Notes under the pieces: model-generated | Told to the model about the DNA's origin: nothing | What the model saw: the letters and a program-made list of their open reading frames with translations, nothing else | Database searches by the model: none | Source: Dimorphilus gyrociliatus | Lineage: Eukaryota > Animalia > Annelida | Assembly: GCA_904063045.1 (NCBI GenBank) | Contig: CAJFCJ010000016.1 | Coordinates: 558,001 to 622,000 of the forward strand | Reading direction: 5' to 3' | Length of the DNA: 64,000 bases | Position numbers and translations under genes: made by a program | Shown here: positions 61,301 to 64,000 of the stretch, in pieces | How positions within the stretch are numbered: position 1 is the first letter of the stretch | Layout: each line of letters begins with the position of its first letter

Positions 61301-64000
61301 AAAATCCTTTACTCATTGATCACCTTACTGAAGATGATAAATTTATAGGGCAAAATTCTAGTGGTTTTGCTGTTGTCTCTTAGTTTTAGAGCTTGATATA
61401 CTTTAAGTAGCATCAACAATAAAAGAAGAAAATCTTAATAATACAAGACTTATTTTAAAATTAAGTATTTTCATTGATTCTAAATGTTGTTTGTTTTTTT
61501 CTTCTTCTTCTTCTTCTTCTTCTTCTTCTTCTTCTATATTTGAAAGAATTTCGAAAGACGACTGGAAGTATTCGCGCCGCATCTGGATTTCTAAAATCGA
61601 TGAAAAATTTAATTGGAGGTGAACTAATTAACCCATGACAAACTAATTTAAGCTATAAAAGCAAAGAATCAAACACTTTGTTTGGATTACTACCCCTAAC
61701 CCAATAATTAATTCTATAACTGTATATGTACATGTATATACTGTTTATATGAACTTATATACAGTTATATTTTTGAGACTGCATATAAAAGGACACTATT
61801 TAAAAGTAGCAAACAATTGCACTTAATTTTCTTTACTTTCCTGGTTGTATTATTATCATTGTACTATATTTATATATATAAAGGTTTTATATAGAACACA
61901 TCTTTGGATTTGTTTCTCCATTTTCCCTCCTATTTTTTATAATATTTGTATTCTACTTAACGCATAATATTTTTGTTAGTAGAAACACATTCATAAAAAA
62001 ATCCATAATGTAAATATATAAACTTTACTAGAGATATATCAACTAACAATTCAAGTAAATATAGATAACCTCCTTTTTAGTTGACTTCCGGTTCATAACA
62101 AGTCGATATGAGGAATAATTCATATTAATTTAATTAATATCTCAGGTATGAAGACGCCATCTGCTGGAAGTAGAGCCGATTCTGAATCTTCTGTACCATT
62201 AATTCAAGTCGACCGAACTTCCGACACGATTATTGAAGAGGCGGAAACTGAATCTAAAAGTTGGCTTTATTTTAAATTTTCTCTTTTTCATTAAAAATTC
62301 CTTTAAAAACCCAAAAAAAAACAACCTAAATAAAACAGAAGAAACGCCAGTCTCTTCCCCTAAACCATCACCAAAACAGAAAAAGCCAGAGACGTCAAAG
62401 GAAATTTCGACTGAGATTAAAGGAAAGAAATTAAAGTATTGGCCGTCCGATGACGTCAAAAGCCTTAAGATATCAACAGATCCCCCAAAACAGAGATTAA
62501 AACTGGAATGGATGTAATTATAATCAATATTATAAACTCGTTCTGCATTGTGCATCTCATACTAATAACAATTTAAACAGATACGGTTACCAGGGAAACA
62601 CTTGCCGATCAAATATACATGTATTAAAAAGCGGAGAGATTGTATATTTTATAGGGACATGCGCCGTTTTATACAATAGAGATACAGATGCTCAGAGACA
62701 TTACAGGGAACACACAGAGGCAGTGACCTGGTAAAAATTAAAAAGATCTTAAATAAGAGCAGAGACTCATCACTATAATTAAATCAAAATTACTTATTAC
62801 AGCATGGCTCTACACCCGAATGGTGTAACCGTGGCGACCGGCCAAAAAGAAGATGCTAAAGAGAAAGTAAGCTTACTCATTAGTTTTACGACCGTCATTT
62901 AGGTCTAATTGCATATATTCAGTCGGCATTGATAAGAGTATGGAGATCGGATACTTTACAAACCCTTCACATTATTGGGAATGGAATTCTGAAAAAGAGC
63001 GTACTAGCTGTTTCCTTTTCAAAAGGAAAAGTAAATATTACATTGGTCTTAACAGTTTTCTATTTCTATCTTTAGAATAAAGTTGGCATGACCTGTTTTC
63101 TTTTCTTTTTTCTTTCTTCAGGCAGCATTTGTAAATCCTAGAACCGCAGTATTACAGGTTTATGCTTAACATATAAAAAAAGACAAAAACAAAAATCAAC
63201 CAACCAATCAATGAACAAACAATATTATAATCCAATATACTTTTCGTTTTGTTTAATTTATCAAATTAATTAATTAATTAATTAATTTTATAGTTTCACA
63301 CTTACTTTTCTACGTTTTCAAGCAAAAATTATTCCTTGAAATTCTTTTTCACTATTCACGTTTTGAATGAATTAGCTGTATGGATCGGTTTTACTAATTT
63401 ATTAATTTTTTCTTAGGAAAGGTTATGCGGACTAGACGCTAATCAGAATCATAATTTGGGCGTATGGGACGTTTCAACTGGAAATATTCTTGTTAAAGTT
63501 GAAACTGGAATAGAAAATTTGTTAAATCTTGATTTTAATCCAAAAAATTCCGATATTATAGTAACTATTGGTAAAGAGCATATAGGGTGGTGGACAATTT
63601 ACTTAGAAGGTAAAACCATTCAAATGACAACAAAACCAGATTATCAGGTAATTCCTAATTTTAAATATTACTTTCAATTAAGCTAATATGATCTAGTTTT
63701 CTTTTAAATAGAACTTTTTAAGAGCGAGATTTATAACAAGTATGTTTCATACTGAGAAGGGAGACTTAATTACTGGAGATTCTAATGGAACTGTATATAT
63801 TTGGGGTCAAGGTGGAAATGTGATAACGAACTTCCTAAAGCATATCCATGATGTTAGTAAATAGTATATTAGTCCTTTTTTATCCTTCTCTTCTCTTTTT
63901 TTTCAATTTGGAAGCATATAAAACTCATTCTTTTTATTCTTCCTCTTTAAGGGTTCGGTTTTCTCAATTCTGACTGTTAGAGGTCATATTATTACTGGAG
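58346..64000 (+). CDS. eml: EML/EMAP-like protein with N-terminal EF-hand-like region, HELP motif and WD40 repeats (3' partial)
   Basis: Exons 58346-58441, 58524-58599, 58661-58783, 59268-59564, 59667-59872, 59953-60393, 60467-60587, 61547-61618, 62146-62259, 62339-62513, 62581-62730, 62803-62866, 62923-63030, 63417-63647, 63712-63852, 63952->end. PPKQRLKLEWIYGYQGNTCRSN...GEIVYF...QRHY..H, then ITGDSNG..YIW. The start codon is uncertain because the frame is open a little further upstream. Confidence 0.85.

Noticed and set aside
62199-62555. 118-aa minus-strand ORF
   Set aside because: Antisense to EML exons carrying the HELP motif.

Overview
AT-rich eukaryotic (metazoan) genomic DNA with very short GT-AG introns (mostly 52-70 nt) and many (TA)n/(GA)n microsatellites. 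The gene content and compaction suggest a small-genome lophotrochozoan such as the annelid Dimorphilus gyrociliatus; this is inference, not shown by the sequence. Spliced models were built by hand, and every complete model closes in frame. Genes, left to right: an orphan intronless ORF (1636-2052); a catalytically intact cholinesterase with an N-terminal type II membrane anchor (7370-11562); a NAT16/HISAT-like GNAT acetyltransferase; an SDR9C-type retinol/steroid dehydrogenase; a giant 28-exon secreted lectin-mucin of about 3,400 aa (16341-28147); a small pre-pro 3-PAN gene and its inverted 2-PAN copy, with relics of the giant gene in and beside the inverted repeat (28757-33091); an intronless class A GPCR; a single-domain 14-Cys granulin; a 2-TM BK-beta/TipE-like gene with long introns on the minus strand; and the 5' part of an EF-hand + HELP/WD40 EML gene running off the right end. 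The giant protein is signal peptide + 2 SUEL + 25 PAN/apple domains + acidic 36-aa repeat stalk + discoidin + two 10-Cys repeats I cannot name. The main highlight is this actively rearranging PAN/apple lectin locus. Two dispersed non-coding signals also stand out: TA-CWG-TA motifs resembling Tc1/Sleeping Beauty excision footprints, and CTCF-like motifs. No rRNA, tRNA, CRISPR or intact transposase was recognised.
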